From assembly GCA_964465045.1 (NCBI GenBank), contig CAYXJS010000001.1, positions 54,924 to 118,923 on the forward strand: DNA of 64,000 nt. Reading direction: 5' to 3'. The first letter of the stretch is position 1. Each line of letters begins with the position of its first letter. Source of the stretch: an uncultured Bacteroidales bacterium (GTDB lineage Bacteria; Bacteroidota; Bacteroidia; Bacteroidales; JAIPAH01). Positions 36,697-46,458 of this stretch are shown here, piece after piece. The position numbers and the translations under genes were made by a program. The notes below the pieces were generated by a model. It was not told the origin of the DNA. It made no database searches and saw nothing but the letters and a program-made list of their open reading frames with translations.

Positions 36697-36894
36697 ATGC
36701 TTCAGTTAATTTTGATTTCTGTAGTGATTGTAGCGCTTCTGTTTGCAGGTATTGGACTGAAAATGCTCTTTAACAAAGAGTATGAAGCCAAGAAAACATG
36801 CAGCAGCAATATTATCACCAAAGAGGGAGAACAGCTTAGTTGCGGATGTGGCGGTGGTACATGCGCCACTGATGCAGATGCAGTAAAAGAATAA
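36697..36894 (+). CDS. Small single-TM Cys-rich membrane protein (candidate NqrM-like maturation factor, or the FeoB-associated Cys-rich family)
   Basis: 65 aa. GGAG Shine-Dalgarno-like motif 8 nt upstream. TM LILISVVIVALLFAGIGL followed by four Cys (KKTC...SCGCGGGTC). Its own terminator follows. Confidence 0.5.
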   Translation: MLQLILISVVIVALLFAGIGLKMLFNKEYEAKKTCSSNIITKEGEQLSCGCGGGTCATDADAVKE

Positions 36895-36919
36895 ATAATC
36901 TTATACGCCTTTGAATTCA

Positions 36920-36948
36920 CCCGGTTCAGTTTTTGAGCCGGGTTTTTT
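36920..36948 (+). terminator. Intrinsic terminator between the convergent small ORF and apbE
   Basis: CCCGGTTCA / TGAGCCGGG 9-bp stem (one G-U pair), GTTTT loop, T6 run. Confidence 0.65.
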
Positions 36949-36952
36949 AATA

Positions 36953-37957
36953 TTAGTCCTCTGTATCCATAAACCGCCTCATGCCGCCTGTTGCATAAGT
37001 TCGCATTTTGCCGTTTTCGTTCGAGTAGATAAAATATCCATCTAAATCCGCCTGGTTTTTAAGGAATTCCCTGGCATCCTGAAGACTCATCACCATAAAA
37101 GCTGTAGCGTAGGCATCGGCCAGCATAGCATTAGGCGCCAGAACGGAAACGCTCAAAAGTGTATGATCAACCGGATAACCTGTTTGCGGATCAATCGTGT
37201 GTGAGTATCTAACGCCATCACGCTCGTAATACTTGCGATAGGTGCCTGAAGTAGCAAGGGCACGATTTTTCAAAGACACTACCGCTTTCACCGTGCGCGG
37301 ACTGTTACTGTTCTCAGCAGGTTTTTCTATACCCACTTTCCATAAACCTCTTCCGGGCTTCTTGCCTTTGGCAAGCACTTCGCCCCCCACATCCACCAAA
37401 TAATTCTCAATCCCTTCTCTTTCTAAAAATTTTCCTATCAAATCAACAGAATACCCTTGTGCTATAGAGTTGAAATCTACTTTAACTTCCGGCAAGGCTT
37501 TCATTAGCGTTTTACCGTCGAGCCATACTTTGTTGTAACCAATGTATTGTAAAAGACTGTCTACTTTAGGTTCTTCGAGCTTTTCAGGATCTTCATAGCC
37601 AAACCCCCAGGCATTTACCAGCGGCATCACCGTAACGTCAAAAGCGCCTTCTGTTTGTTGGGATATAGAAGCAGCGGCCCTGAAAATATCCCGGAAAATC
37701 GCATCCGTTTCCCGGCTTTCATTGTTGTTGATTTTTGATATAACCGAGTTGGGTTTATACACCGATGCCGTCATATCAAAAGCAGTCAAAAGCGAATCTA
37801 TTTGCGGTTTGAAGTCTCTTCCTTTCTTATCAAAATAAGTAACCGCATAATAAGTACCCTGTGCTTTTCCGCTAACCTTAACAGGTTCTCGTGTCCAGGA
37901 GTTGTCGCAGGCAGAGAAAACCACCACTATCACAACCGGCCAAATCCATTTTATCAT
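36953..37957 (-). CDS. apbE: FAD:protein FMN transferase (ApbE)
   Basis: Lipobox VVVFSAC. FDVTVMPLVNAWGFG and SGTYRKY...YSHTIDPQTGYP motifs. ATG 37957 is chosen because the tracked TTG start overlaps the -7 box. Confidence 0.9.
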   Translation of the reverse strand: MIKWIWPVVIVVVFSACDNSWTREPVKVSGKAQGTYYAVTYFDKKGRDFKPQIDSLLTAFDMTASVYKPNSVISKINNNESRETDAIFRDIFRAAASISQQTEGAFDVTVMPLVNAWGFGYEDPEKLEEPKVDSLLQYIGYNKVWLDGKTLMKALPEVKVDFNSIAQGYSVDLIGKFLEREGIENYLVDVGGEVLAKGKKPGRGLWKVGIEKPAENSNSPRTVKAVVSLKNRALATSGTYRKYYERDGVRYSHTIDPQTGYPVDHTLLSVSVLAPNAMLADAYATAFMVMSLQDAREFLKNQADLDGYFIYSNENGKMRTYATGGMRRFMDTED

Positions 37958-37978
37958 ATCCTTGTTTCCTGTTTGTAG

Positions 37979-37986
37979 CAAAGGTA
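37979..37986 (-). promoter_or_regulatory. -7 promoter box (TACCTTTG on the minus strand) for apbE
   Basis: Exact TAnnTTTG match, 21 nt upstream of ATG 37957. Confidence 0.4.
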
Positions 37987-38055
37987 AAATAAAAACCAGG
38001 AAGCAAAACGAATTCCGCTACCTGGTTTACTCAATAATATTTTAAAGAATAAAAA

Positions 38056-39312
38056 CTATCCTCCAAAATCGTCGAATGCTATGTTTTCCGGTGGCACACC
38101 GTAATCATCAAGCATTTTCAATACGGCCTGGTTCATCATTGGCGGGCCGCAGATGTAATATTCAATCTCTTCGGGTTCTTCATGTTTTTTCAGATAGTTA
38201 TCCATAATCACATTATGTATGAACCCTACATCACCATTCCAATTATCTTCAGGCAGTGGTTCCGACAATGCAATATTAAAATCAAAGTTGTCAAACTTTT
38301 CTTCAATTTCCTGGAATTCATCAATATAGAACAACTCCCTCAGAGAACGGCCACCATACCAGAAAGTAACTTTTCTATCGGTTTCCACGGTTTTAAACAA
38401 ATGGAACAAATGCGAACGCATAGGGGCCATACCTGCACCACCGCCAATAAACATCATTTCGCGGTCAGTATCTTTCAGGAAAAACTCACCGTAAGGCCCT
38501 GAAATATCTACTTTATCCCCGGGTTTCAGTGAGAAGATATAAGAAGAGGCAATTCCCGGGTTTACATTCATAAATCCGCCCTTTTTTCTGTCAAATGGGG
38601 GCGTAGCAATCCGTACGTTAAGTTTAATAACCTGATCCTCGGCTGGATAACTCGCCATAGAGTACGCTCTGAAAATGGGTTCTGAGTTTTTCATCTTCAA
38701 ATCCCACATATTAAACTTATCCCAGTCGCCGCGGTATTCTTTTTCCACTTCAATATCCTTAAAATCCACTTCGCAAGGAGGTACATCAATCTGTATATAA
38801 CCTCCGGACTTAAAGTCGAGTCTTTCCCCTTCGGGCAGTTTCACCACAAATTCTTTAATAAAGGTGGCCACATTTTCATTGCTAACCACTTCGCAAGTCC
38901 ATTTCTTGATACCAAACACTTCCGGCGGAACAGAAATTTTCATGTCTTCACGTACTTTCACCTGGCAGCCCAGCCTCCAGTTTTGCTGCTGCTCCTTACG
39001 TGTGAAAAAACCCTTCTCAGTCGGCAGGATGCTTCCACCGCCTTCATGCACTTGTGCCACACACATGCCGCATGTTCCGCCACCTCCACAGGCAGATGGT
39101 AAAAGAATGCCATTATTAGACAGCGTGCTAAGTAAGGTATTACCTGGCTGAGTTTCAATTTCTTTTTCGTCGTTAACCGTAATGGTTACCTCCCCCTGAG
39201 GGGTAAGTTTTTTACGGGCATATAACAACACACCCACCAAAAGAAGTATTATCAACAGGAATGCTAATATACTGGCGACAACAATTCCTGCTAAACCTGT
39301 TAGTATAATCAT
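38056..39312 (-). CDS. nqrF: Na+-translocating NADH:quinone reductase subunit F
   Basis: N-terminal TM, 2Fe-2S ferredoxin motif [10 protein letters not shown], and an FAD/NADH FNR-like domain (RAYSMAS). Confidence 0.95.
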   Translation of the reverse strand: MIILTGLAGIVVASILAFLLIILLLVGVLLYARKKLTPQGEVTITVNDEKEIETQPGNTLLSTLSNNGILLPSACGGGGTCGMCVAQVHEGGGSILPTEKGFFTRKEQQQNWRLGCQVKVREDMKISVPPEVFGIKKWTCEVVSNENVATFIKEFVVKLPEGERLDFKSGGYIQIDVPPCEVDFKDIEVEKEYRGDWDKFNMWDLKMKNSEPIFRAYSMASYPAEDQVIKLNVRIATPPFDRKKGGFMNVNPGIASSYIFSLKPGDKVDISGPYGEFFLKDTDREMMFIGGGAGMAPMRSHLFHLFKTVETDRKVTFWYGGRSLRELFYIDEFQEIEEKFDNFDFNIALSEPLPEDNWNGDVGFIHNVIMDNYLKKHEEPEEIEYYICGPPMMNQAVLKMLDDYGVPPENIAFDDFGG

Positions 39313-39329
39313 TTGCTTATTTTTTTATT

Positions 39330-39947
39330 TTATAACTCAATACCCATAAAACTCATAAATGCGATACCCATCAACCCCGTGATGATAAATGTAATCCCAA
39401 GTCCGCGAAGCGGGGCAGGAACATTGGAGTATCTGATTTTTTCACGTATTGCTGCAATACCTACAATGGCGAGAAACCATCCTACACCGGAGCCCAGTCC
39501 GAATGAAGTAGCTTCGGCGAGATTGGCATATTCGCGTTCTTGCATAAACAAGCTCCCTCCTAAGATAGAGCAGTTTACTGCTATCAATGGAAGAAAGATC
39601 CCTAAGGAGGCATACAAAGCAGGACTGAATTTCTCAATCACCATCTCTACTAACTGTACCATTGAGGCAATAACCGCAATAAACAGGATAAACGATAAAA
39701 AGTTGAGGTTTACGTCTGCTAATTGCGGCGATATCCATGAAAGCGCTCCCGGCTGCAGAATGAATTGATTAATCAGGTAATTTACCGGAACGGTTATGCC
39801 GAGCACGAAAATAACCGCCGCTCCGAGACCAACAGATGTTTCCACGGTTTTGGATACGGCCAGATAAGAACACATACCCAAAAAGTAAGCGAAAATCATG
39901 TTGTCCACGAAAATCGATTTGATAAATATGCTAAATAACTCTTGCAT
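39330..39947 (-). CDS. nqrE: Na+-NQR subunit E
   Basis: 205 aa polytopic protein. Rnf/Nqr D/E-type sequence and gene order. Confidence 0.9.
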   Translation of the reverse strand: MQELFSIFIKSIFVDNMIFAYFLGMCSYLAVSKTVETSVGLGAAVIFVLGITVPVNYLINQFILQPGALSWISPQLADVNLNFLSFILFIAVIASMVQLVEMVIEKFSPALYASLGIFLPLIAVNCSILGGSLFMQEREYANLAEATSFGLGSGVGWFLAIVGIAAIREKIRYSNVPAPLRGLGITFIITGLMGIAFMSFMGIEL

Positions 39948-39974
39948 TGTTTTCTATTTTAGACGATTAACGAT

Positions 39975-40631
39975 TTAATTCTCTTCAATGAGTTCTCTGT
40001 CTTTATAACGCTGTATCCATATAATAGCGCCTACGATGATCAAAGCCATCGGTGGCAAAATGGCAAAACCGTTATTGACATATCCCATCTCATAAAAGGA
40101 CTGAGGCACAACCTGGAATCCGTATAGCGTTCCTGAGCCCAACAATTCTCTGAAAAACCCTACAACTACCAATATCCAGCCATATCCCAGCGCATTTCCA
40201 ATGCCGTCGAGCAAAGAAGGCCATGGTTTATTGTTCATAGCGAACGCCTCAAAGCGCCCCATAATAATACAGTTGGTGATAATCAGCCCTACAAACACTG
40301 AAAGCTGTTTGCTGACATCATAAGCAAACGCTTTCAGAACCTGGTCTACCAAAATCACCAAAGAAGCAATTATTGTGAGCATCACAATAATACGTATCCT
40401 TGGCGGGATAGTATTTCTGAGCAAAGAAATTACCAGGTTGCCAACAGCCATAACCGCGATAACAGAGATAGACATGACCACTGAAGGTTCTAGCTTTGCT
40501 GTTACAGCCAGGGCTGAGCATATTCCCAAGACCTGCACGGTAATTGGATTCTCTCTGCCCAAGGGAGTTGTTAATAGTTTTCTGTTTTTCGCCGAAAACA
40601 GAGGTTCTTTATTTTTCGTTTTTGCAGCCAT
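39975..40631 (-). CDS. nqrD: Na+-NQR subunit D
   Basis: 218 aa polytopic protein. NPITVQVLGICSALAVT motif. Confidence 0.9.
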   Translation of the reverse strand: MAAKTKNKEPLFSAKNRKLLTTPLGRENPITVQVLGICSALAVTAKLEPSVVMSISVIAVMAVGNLVISLLRNTIPPRIRIIVMLTIIASLVILVDQVLKAFAYDVSKQLSVFVGLIITNCIIMGRFEAFAMNNKPWPSLLDGIGNALGYGWILVVVGFFRELLGSGTLYGFQVVPQSFYEMGYVNNGFAILPPMALIIVGAIIWIQRYKDRELIEEN

Positions 40632-40634
40632 AAT

Positions 40635-41384
40635 TTATATTATATGTTTTTTTACAAAAGGTTCATACAAAGACAAAACATCCTCAAGCATATCCGAAAC
40701 ACCATTACTTGTAATCGTGCCGCCTGAAATGGCATCTACTCCATGTTTTGGATCAATATTGCTGTTTTCCACTCCACCTTTCACTACTTCTATAGATGTA
40801 AACTCATAATCTTCCGTAAATATGGTTTTTCCTTTAAACTGATTTTGAAATGGCGGCAAGGATATTTCTGCACCTAATCCGGGTGTTTCACTCTTGTGAG
40901 CGAAGGTGGTACCTTTTACGGTTCTGAAGTCACTTTCTAAAGCAATATTCCCCCAAACAGGACCCCAAAGTCCTTTCCCTCTTAACGGAACAATGTAGGA
41001 AGTGTCTTCATTGTTTATAAACACATAAATCGGCAAGTGCACTTCATCTTCTTTGCCCGCCTTGATTTTGTCAAGTTCTGCTTTAATGTCTACTTCAAAA
41101 GCTCTGAACTCTCCGGTTTTAAACTCACTATCTGCATATTTGCTAATAATTTCTCCATCCACGTTAATCACCCATTCTTCCTGGATATACTCCTTGTAGG
41201 CTTCCGGCACTTCTTGTTTGGACTCCGGTTGGATATCAGCAGAAGCCAATATTCCTTTCATCTTTTCAACTTCTTCGTTGAAATCCTGTCGCGGCTGAAG
41301 CAATGTAGCTGCTGATGACAGTAAAATTGCCACGACAGTAACCATAATGGCCGCGTATGTAAATATGTATTTGTTTGAAAACAT
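40635..41384 (-). CDS. nqrC: Na+-NQR subunit C (FMN-binding)
   Basis: 249 aa. N-terminal TM and a flavinylation-type motif GVDAISGGTITSNGV. Confidence 0.9.
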   Translation of the reverse strand: MFSNKYIFTYAAIMVTVVAILLSSAATLLQPRQDFNEEVEKMKGILASADIQPESKQEVPEAYKEYIQEEWVINVDGEIISKYADSEFKTGEFRAFEVDIKAELDKIKAGKEDEVHLPIYVFINNEDTSYIVPLRGKGLWGPVWGNIALESDFRTVKGTTFAHKSETPGLGAEISLPPFQNQFKGKTIFTEDYEFTSIEVVKGGVENSNIDPKHGVDAISGGTITSNGVSDMLEDVLSLYEPFVKKHII

Positions 41385-41408
41385 GTTATTTCCTTTTTTA
41401 ATGATTAA

Positions 41409-42554
41409 TTATGCAGTAACGGCCTTCATCCGTTTCAATCTGCGCTTGATGTTTCCCTGTACCACATAATGGTCGATCAACGGTGCAAACACATTCATCA
41501 ATAAAATTGCCAGCATCATACCCTCAGGATATGCCGGGTTGAACACACGGATGAGCACAGCTACAACCCCAATCAAAAAGCCATAGATGTATTTTCCACG
41601 GGTGGTCTGTGAGGCAGAAACCGGATCTGTAGCCATGTATACAGTACCAAACGCAAATCCTCCCATCACAAGATGATAGTAAGCAGGCAACTGCATATAT
41701 TCGTTAGCGCCCCAGAGGTTAAAAACCAAGCCCATAAACAAGCCGCCAAGAATAACGCTTAGCATAATACGCCAGCTACCTACGCCAGTAATTATCAATA
41801 TAAGTGCACCAATTAAAATCGCAAACGCAGAAGTCTCTCCGATGGAACCGGGAATAAACCCGAAGAACATATCCATGATATCCGGCATGCTGCTGGTTTC
41901 TCCGGAGGTAGCCAGCGCCATTGGAGTAGCTCCTGAATAGGCGTCAGCTTTTTCAGCGATCCAGACTTTATCTCCGGACATGTAGGCCGGATAGGCAAAA
42001 AACAAGAAAGCCCTGGCCGTTAAAGCCGGGTTAAGAATGTTCATTCCGGTACCTCCAAACACTTCTTTCCCAAAAATAACCGCAAATGCTGTTGCTACAG
42101 CTACCATCCACAAAGGCACATCTGGCGGCATAACCAATGGAATCAACATCCCAGAAACCAAAAAACCTTCATTGACTTCATGGCCACGAATCTGGGCAAA
42201 ATAAAACTCAATGGCCAAACCTGTAACATAACTTACAACAATAATTGGCAAGGCTTTACCTAACCCAAAAAGGACATTATCCCAGAATAAGGCATCCACG
42301 CCAACCGATTTGTAGTGCTGGAAACCTATATTCCAAATACCGAAAAGCAATGCCGGAATCATCGCCACCACAACCATAATCATGGTACGTTTCATATCAA
42401 TGGCATCACGGATGTGACTTCCCTTTTTTGTTACCCGGTTGGGCACAAAAAGAAAAGTCTCAAAAGCATCAAAGGTGGAATGCAGCTTTTCAAACTTTCC
42501 TCCTTTCTCAAAGTGAGGCTTAATACTATCAATCTGTTTTCTTAGTGCTTTCAT
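41409..42554 (-). CDS. nqrB: Na+-NQR subunit B
   Basis: 381 aa polytopic protein. The SGATPMA flavinylation-type region and position in the operon support the call. Confidence 0.9.
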   Translation of the reverse strand: MKALRKQIDSIKPHFEKGGKFEKLHSTFDAFETFLFVPNRVTKKGSHIRDAIDMKRTMIMVVVAMIPALLFGIWNIGFQHYKSVGVDALFWDNVLFGLGKALPIIVVSYVTGLAIEFYFAQIRGHEVNEGFLVSGMLIPLVMPPDVPLWMVAVATAFAVIFGKEVFGGTGMNILNPALTARAFLFFAYPAYMSGDKVWIAEKADAYSGATPMALATSGETSSMPDIMDMFFGFIPGSIGETSAFAILIGALILIITGVGSWRIMLSVILGGLFMGLVFNLWGANEYMQLPAYYHLVMGGFAFGTVYMATDPVSASQTTRGKYIYGFLIGVVAVLIRVFNPAYPEGMMLAILLMNVFAPLIDHYVVQGNIKRRLKRMKAVTA

Positions 42555-42575
42555 ATATTCTTTTACTTTCTAACA

Positions 42576-43931
42576 TTAACTCATTTCAGAACGCATCAGG
42601 TCGAGCCCCTTTCTTACAATATCCTGAACATCAATTTTTGATGTGCAAATCACTTCTGCCAGGGCAAAATCTTCTTCATCCACCTCATAAATCCCAAGAT
42701 TTTCCATCAGATCAATATCCTCAATCATGATGGCTTTCACCAGTTGCACCGGATAAATATCCATAGGAATAACGCGTTCATACTCTCCCGTCATTACATA
42801 AGCTCTCTCTCCCCCATGCATATTTGTATCTAACCTGTGTTTCTGAGAGGGCTTTAACCATTTTGACAGGAAGGTACGAGACACAGAAAACTTGTTTAAT
42901 CCGGGTTTTGCCCATCCAAAAAACTCATAATAATTTCCTTCCGGGATAACCGTCACCTGATCGTCATAGTAGCCAATGTATCCGTCTTTGCGGATTTTTT
43001 TTCCTGTAAGCACGTTTCCTGAAATATAGCGAAGCGTTTCATCAGTGGTATTGTTCTTAACCATCTCCTCAATAGAGGCGCCGATAATGGTTTTAAAATA
43101 TCCGGTTTTTTTCACTTCTGAACCGGTAAACGCCACAATCCGTTCCGGGTTATACTTACCTTCAAGAAATAACCTTCCGATGGTAAGCACTTGCTGCGGA
43201 TTAGCATACCAAACAACTTCTCCTTTATTAATGGGGTCAATGTGATGTATCTGAATTCCCACATTTCCGGCCGGATGAGGACCATCAAAATAATGCAGCT
43301 CTACCTTTTTCGAATTGGTAAACACTTCTGAAGCTTTGCTTTTCGCGCTGAGACTAAGATGCAGTTTTCCTTCTGTTAGTTTGGCTAACGCATCAAGTCC
43401 GGCCTGAAACTGCTTTCCTTTTCCGTGAATAATCAAATCCTGATCCGGAGCCAGTGGTGCGGAATTAAAACCGGAAATAAAAATCGCTTTCGGTTTAACC
43501 TCTGGATCAGCAACAATAGAATAAGGGCGTTGCCGTATTCCAGCCCATACCCCGCTATCAAGAAGTCTTTTTGTGATTTCTTCGGCTGAGAGGCTATTCG
43601 GATCGGCTGCGCCAAAATCGAGAGCCTCTGCCTTGTCATCAGACTCTATTTGAATCTCTTCCAGTATGCGCTTGGGCCCTCTTTTAATTCCAACAACTTT
43701 TCCGCTTACCGGCGAAGTGAAAGGAATGTTCTCACGATACTTGTCGTAGCATAACTGAGTACCCACCTTAACTTCGTCGCCTTCCTTTACAAGCAGCTTG
43801 GCATACCTCAAACCTACAAAGTCGGTTGGCTTCAGGGCAAACTTGCGTGTCCGCAAAGGAAGAATTACCTTATCCGCCTCTCCCTGCAGTTTGATATCTA
43901 ATCCCTGCTTTAGTTTTATTGTTTCCGACAT
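42576..43931 (-). CDS. nqrA: Na+-NQR subunit A
   Basis: 451 aa soluble subunit. IKLKQGLDIKLQGEA N-terminus. First gene of the operon. Confidence 0.9.
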   Translation of the reverse strand: MSETIKLKQGLDIKLQGEADKVILPLRTRKFALKPTDFVGLRYAKLLVKEGDEVKVGTQLCYDKYRENIPFTSPVSGKVVGIKRGPKRILEEIQIESDDKAEALDFGAADPNSLSAEEITKRLLDSGVWAGIRQRPYSIVADPEVKPKAIFISGFNSAPLAPDQDLIIHGKGKQFQAGLDALAKLTEGKLHLSLSAKSKASEVFTNSKKVELHYFDGPHPAGNVGIQIHHIDPINKGEVVWYANPQQVLTIGRLFLEGKYNPERIVAFTGSEVKKTGYFKTIIGASIEEMVKNNTTDETLRYISGNVLTGKKIRKDGYIGYYDDQVTVIPEGNYYEFFGWAKPGLNKFSVSRTFLSKWLKPSQKHRLDTNMHGGERAYVMTGEYERVIPMDIYPVQLVKAIMIEDIDLMENLGIYEVDEEDFALAEVICTSKIDVQDIVRKGLDLMRSEMS

Positions 43932-44434
43932 ATTTATTGATTATTAAATGTCTGTTTATTTTAAAAATTCAAAAACATAAATTTAAATATGATATAATTT
44001 AAATAGGTGCAATTTTATGACTATATTTTAAAAATAGCAAAAATTCCCTTGACTTTTTATTGACTTCATACCAGTTTATTGCATATGTTACTTAGACTGT
44101 TTAAAAATAACCGGATTTCATGCTATAATATCCTGTTTGTTAATGTTTTGATTTTATCCTTTCTTTAACCTGCATCAGGAAAAAATAATGTTTAATACGT
44201 TTCAAAACAAACTAAACAATCTTGTGATATGGCAAACAAGTACTGTTTTCTCAATAACAATAATAAAAACAGTTTGTTTGTTTTTCATGACATTGCTTAT
44301 AAACCGATTCGCAGCCCACCAGGATATTTTTTTGCCATTGTAAACAAAGGCCTGAAATCCCTATGGCTTATTTCCTATTCTTATCAACAAAATCACTTTG
44401 CAAGAACATTCCGGTTTTGCCAAAAGAATTTCGC

Positions 44435-44442
44435 TATTTTTG
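44435..44442 (+). promoter_or_regulatory. -7 promoter box TATTTTTG
   Basis: Exact TAnnTTTG match upstream of ORF 44541 (98-nt leader). Confidence 0.35.
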
Positions 44443-44540
44443 TGATAACAAAAAAATAAACAGGGTTGACCACATAGGTTTGCTCTGAAATGTTAAAATG
44501 CAGATATTGCATAAATCAAGTATTTTATAAAATCATAATT

Positions 44541-45830
44541 ATGAGGTTTTTTCTTTTTTTTCTGATATCAGCATTGTTTTTATCAGAAGGGTCCGCACAG
44601 CAGGAAGATTATTACACCGAAGAATATTTCCGTTACAGCACGCACATTTATGACACAAATATTCATAGTCTTCAGGTTCACCGCAGGGGAGCGCCCCTTT
44701 CCGAACCGGTAGCTAAGTTAAATCACCTTACAAAAGTCCTTGAATTGTCTTTTGATGATTTCCGCGACAAAACCCGCGATTATCGCTACACGTTTATCCA
44801 TTGCGATGCATACTGGAACCCCTCTGATATTATCGTGAGCGATTACTTGCAAGGTTTTGATGATGATTATATTGAAGAATATGAGTTTTCATACAATACC
44901 CGCCAACCCTTCATTCATTATAAATTACATTTTCCACAACGGGATATGCTCCCGGTTTTATCTGGAAATTACTTACTGAAGGTTTTTCCTGCCGGTTCGC
45001 CCGACAAGCCAATACTGACAGCACGATTCATGGTTTTGGATGAAAAAGTCAGCGTTCAGCCCAATATCCGGCAGGCCACTGCACCCACGAAAATGGAGGA
45101 ATGGCATGAGGTTGATTTTGTTATCAATACGCAGTCTTTTTATATGGCTAATCCATCCCGCAATATGAGCGTTGTTGTTCAACAAAACGGACGACACGAT
45201 AATAAAATTACAGGCATAAAACCTTCTGAAATTCAGGGTAACGAATACATCTTTGATTATGAAGACAAAAACCTGTTCCGGGCTGGAAATGAGTTTCGTC
45301 ATTTTGAAATCCAAAACCTCAAATATCAATCAGACCAGGTGAAACGTATTGATATTTTCGGAAATCAAAACCAGGTATATCTTTATCCGGATAAACGGAG
45401 AACATTCAGCTCTTACATTTTTAAGGATGATATTAACGGAAAAAGGCTCATAAAAACCACTGAATATGACAATACTGATACGGAGGCAGATTACGCCTAT
45501 GTTCATTTTGCGTTGCCAATGGAAAACCCGGTCATCAATGGCAGCATTCATATTCTAGGCGGATTGAATTACTGGGAGCTTAACAGCCGTTCTAAAATGA
45601 CTTACAACTACCAGACAAAAGCTTATGAAAACACTATGTATCTGAAGCAGGGATACTACAACTATTTATATGCCTATAAAGAAGATGGCCAACCAGAAGC
45701 GAATGTCCGCCTGATTGAAAACAGTTTTTACGAAACTGAAAACGAGTACACCTTTTATGTCTATTATAACCACCCCGGGACTTCTTATGATCAATTGGTT
45801 GGGAAAAAAACCGTATCAAGCGGAGAATGA
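44541..45830 (+). CDS. DUF5103-like protein (the family annotated as type IX secretion system plug protein)
   Basis: Signal peptide MRFFLFFLISALFLSEGSAQ. IHSLQVHRRG...LELSFDDF...YRYTFIHCDAYWNPS...YLQGF pattern, recalled from this family. No search was run. Confidence 0.6.
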   Translation: MRFFLFFLISALFLSEGSAQQEDYYTEEYFRYSTHIYDTNIHSLQVHRRGAPLSEPVAKLNHLTKVLELSFDDFRDKTRDYRYTFIHCDAYWNPSDIIVSDYLQGFDDDYIEEYEFSYNTRQPFIHYKLHFPQRDMLPVLSGNYLLKVFPAGSPDKPILTARFMVLDEKVSVQPNIRQATAPTKMEEWHEVDFVINTQSFYMANPSRNMSVVVQQNGRHDNKITGIKPSEIQGNEYIFDYEDKNLFRAGNEFRHFEIQNLKYQSDQVKRIDIFGNQNQVYLYPDKRRTFSSYIFKDDINGKRLIKTTEYDNTDTEADYAYVHFALPMENPVINGSIHILGGLNYWELNSRSKMTYNYQTKAYENTMYLKQGYYNYLYAYKEDGQPEANVRLIENSFYETENEYTFYVYYNHPGTSYDQLVGKKTVSSGE

Positions 45831-45894
45831 TTCCGCCAAAACGAATTGTCTACCAATTCTGTCATATTTGTGATGTAGCTCTTTTTGGCCGTGG

Positions 45895-46458
45895 CTAATT
45901 TTTAATCTTCGGATCAGTGCAAAACTTTTCCGGATGATAGGCATGCAGGTTCTGGTAATACGTTTTAAATTCTTCAAAATCTTCCTTCAGGTCGCCACTT
46001 GGATAAACCAGCTTTTTAACCCCGGCCTTTTTGTATTTATAATCCAGGTATCCTAATGCAACAGGCACTTGGGCTTCAATAGCAATGTAATAAAAGCCTT
46101 TTTTCCAGTATTTGGTATATTTCCGGGTTCCCTCAGGGGTTATCACCAAAACCAGTTTTTCAGCTTGGTTGAAGTGGTCGGCAAGCTGATGCACAAGATT
46201 ATTTCTTTTCCCTCTTTGTACAGGTATTCCACCCATCTTTTTCAACAACCCTCCAAAAGGAAAAGAAAAAGCTTCTTCTTTAATCAGGAATTTAACCGGC
46301 AAGCCAACTATATTGAACACCAATCTTCCGATAAAAAAATCGTAGTTAGTTGTGTGCGGTGCAACCAGCATTACAACCTTTCTGACATCAGAAGGCATAT
46401 TCACTTCTATTTTCCAACCCAGCATTTTAAGCATCAATCTGCTAAATAGTTTAATCAT
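45895..46458 (-). CDS. 1-acyl-sn-glycerol-3-phosphate acyltransferase family protein
   Basis: HX4D motif (APHTTNYD) and ITPEGTR block. 187 aa. Confidence 0.8.
   Translation of the reverse strand: MIKLFSRLMLKMLGWKIEVNMPSDVRKVVMLVAPHTTNYDFFIGRLVFNIVGLPVKFLIKEEAFSFPFGGLLKKMGGIPVQRGKRNNLVHQLADHFNQAEKLVLVITPEGTRKYTKYWKKGFYYIAIEAQVPVALGYLDYKYKKAGVKKLVYPSGDLKEDFEEFKTYYQNLHAYHPEKFCTDPKIKN

Noticed and set aside
39313-39768. 151-aa plus-strand ORF
   Set aside because: It is antisense to nqrE and is a shadow ORF.
44229-44459. 76-aa plus-strand ORF in the nqrA upstream gap
   Set aside because: It has low-complexity N/F/K-rich sequence, no promoter box or RBS, and no family resemblance. The region is kept only as an unexplained long intergenic region.
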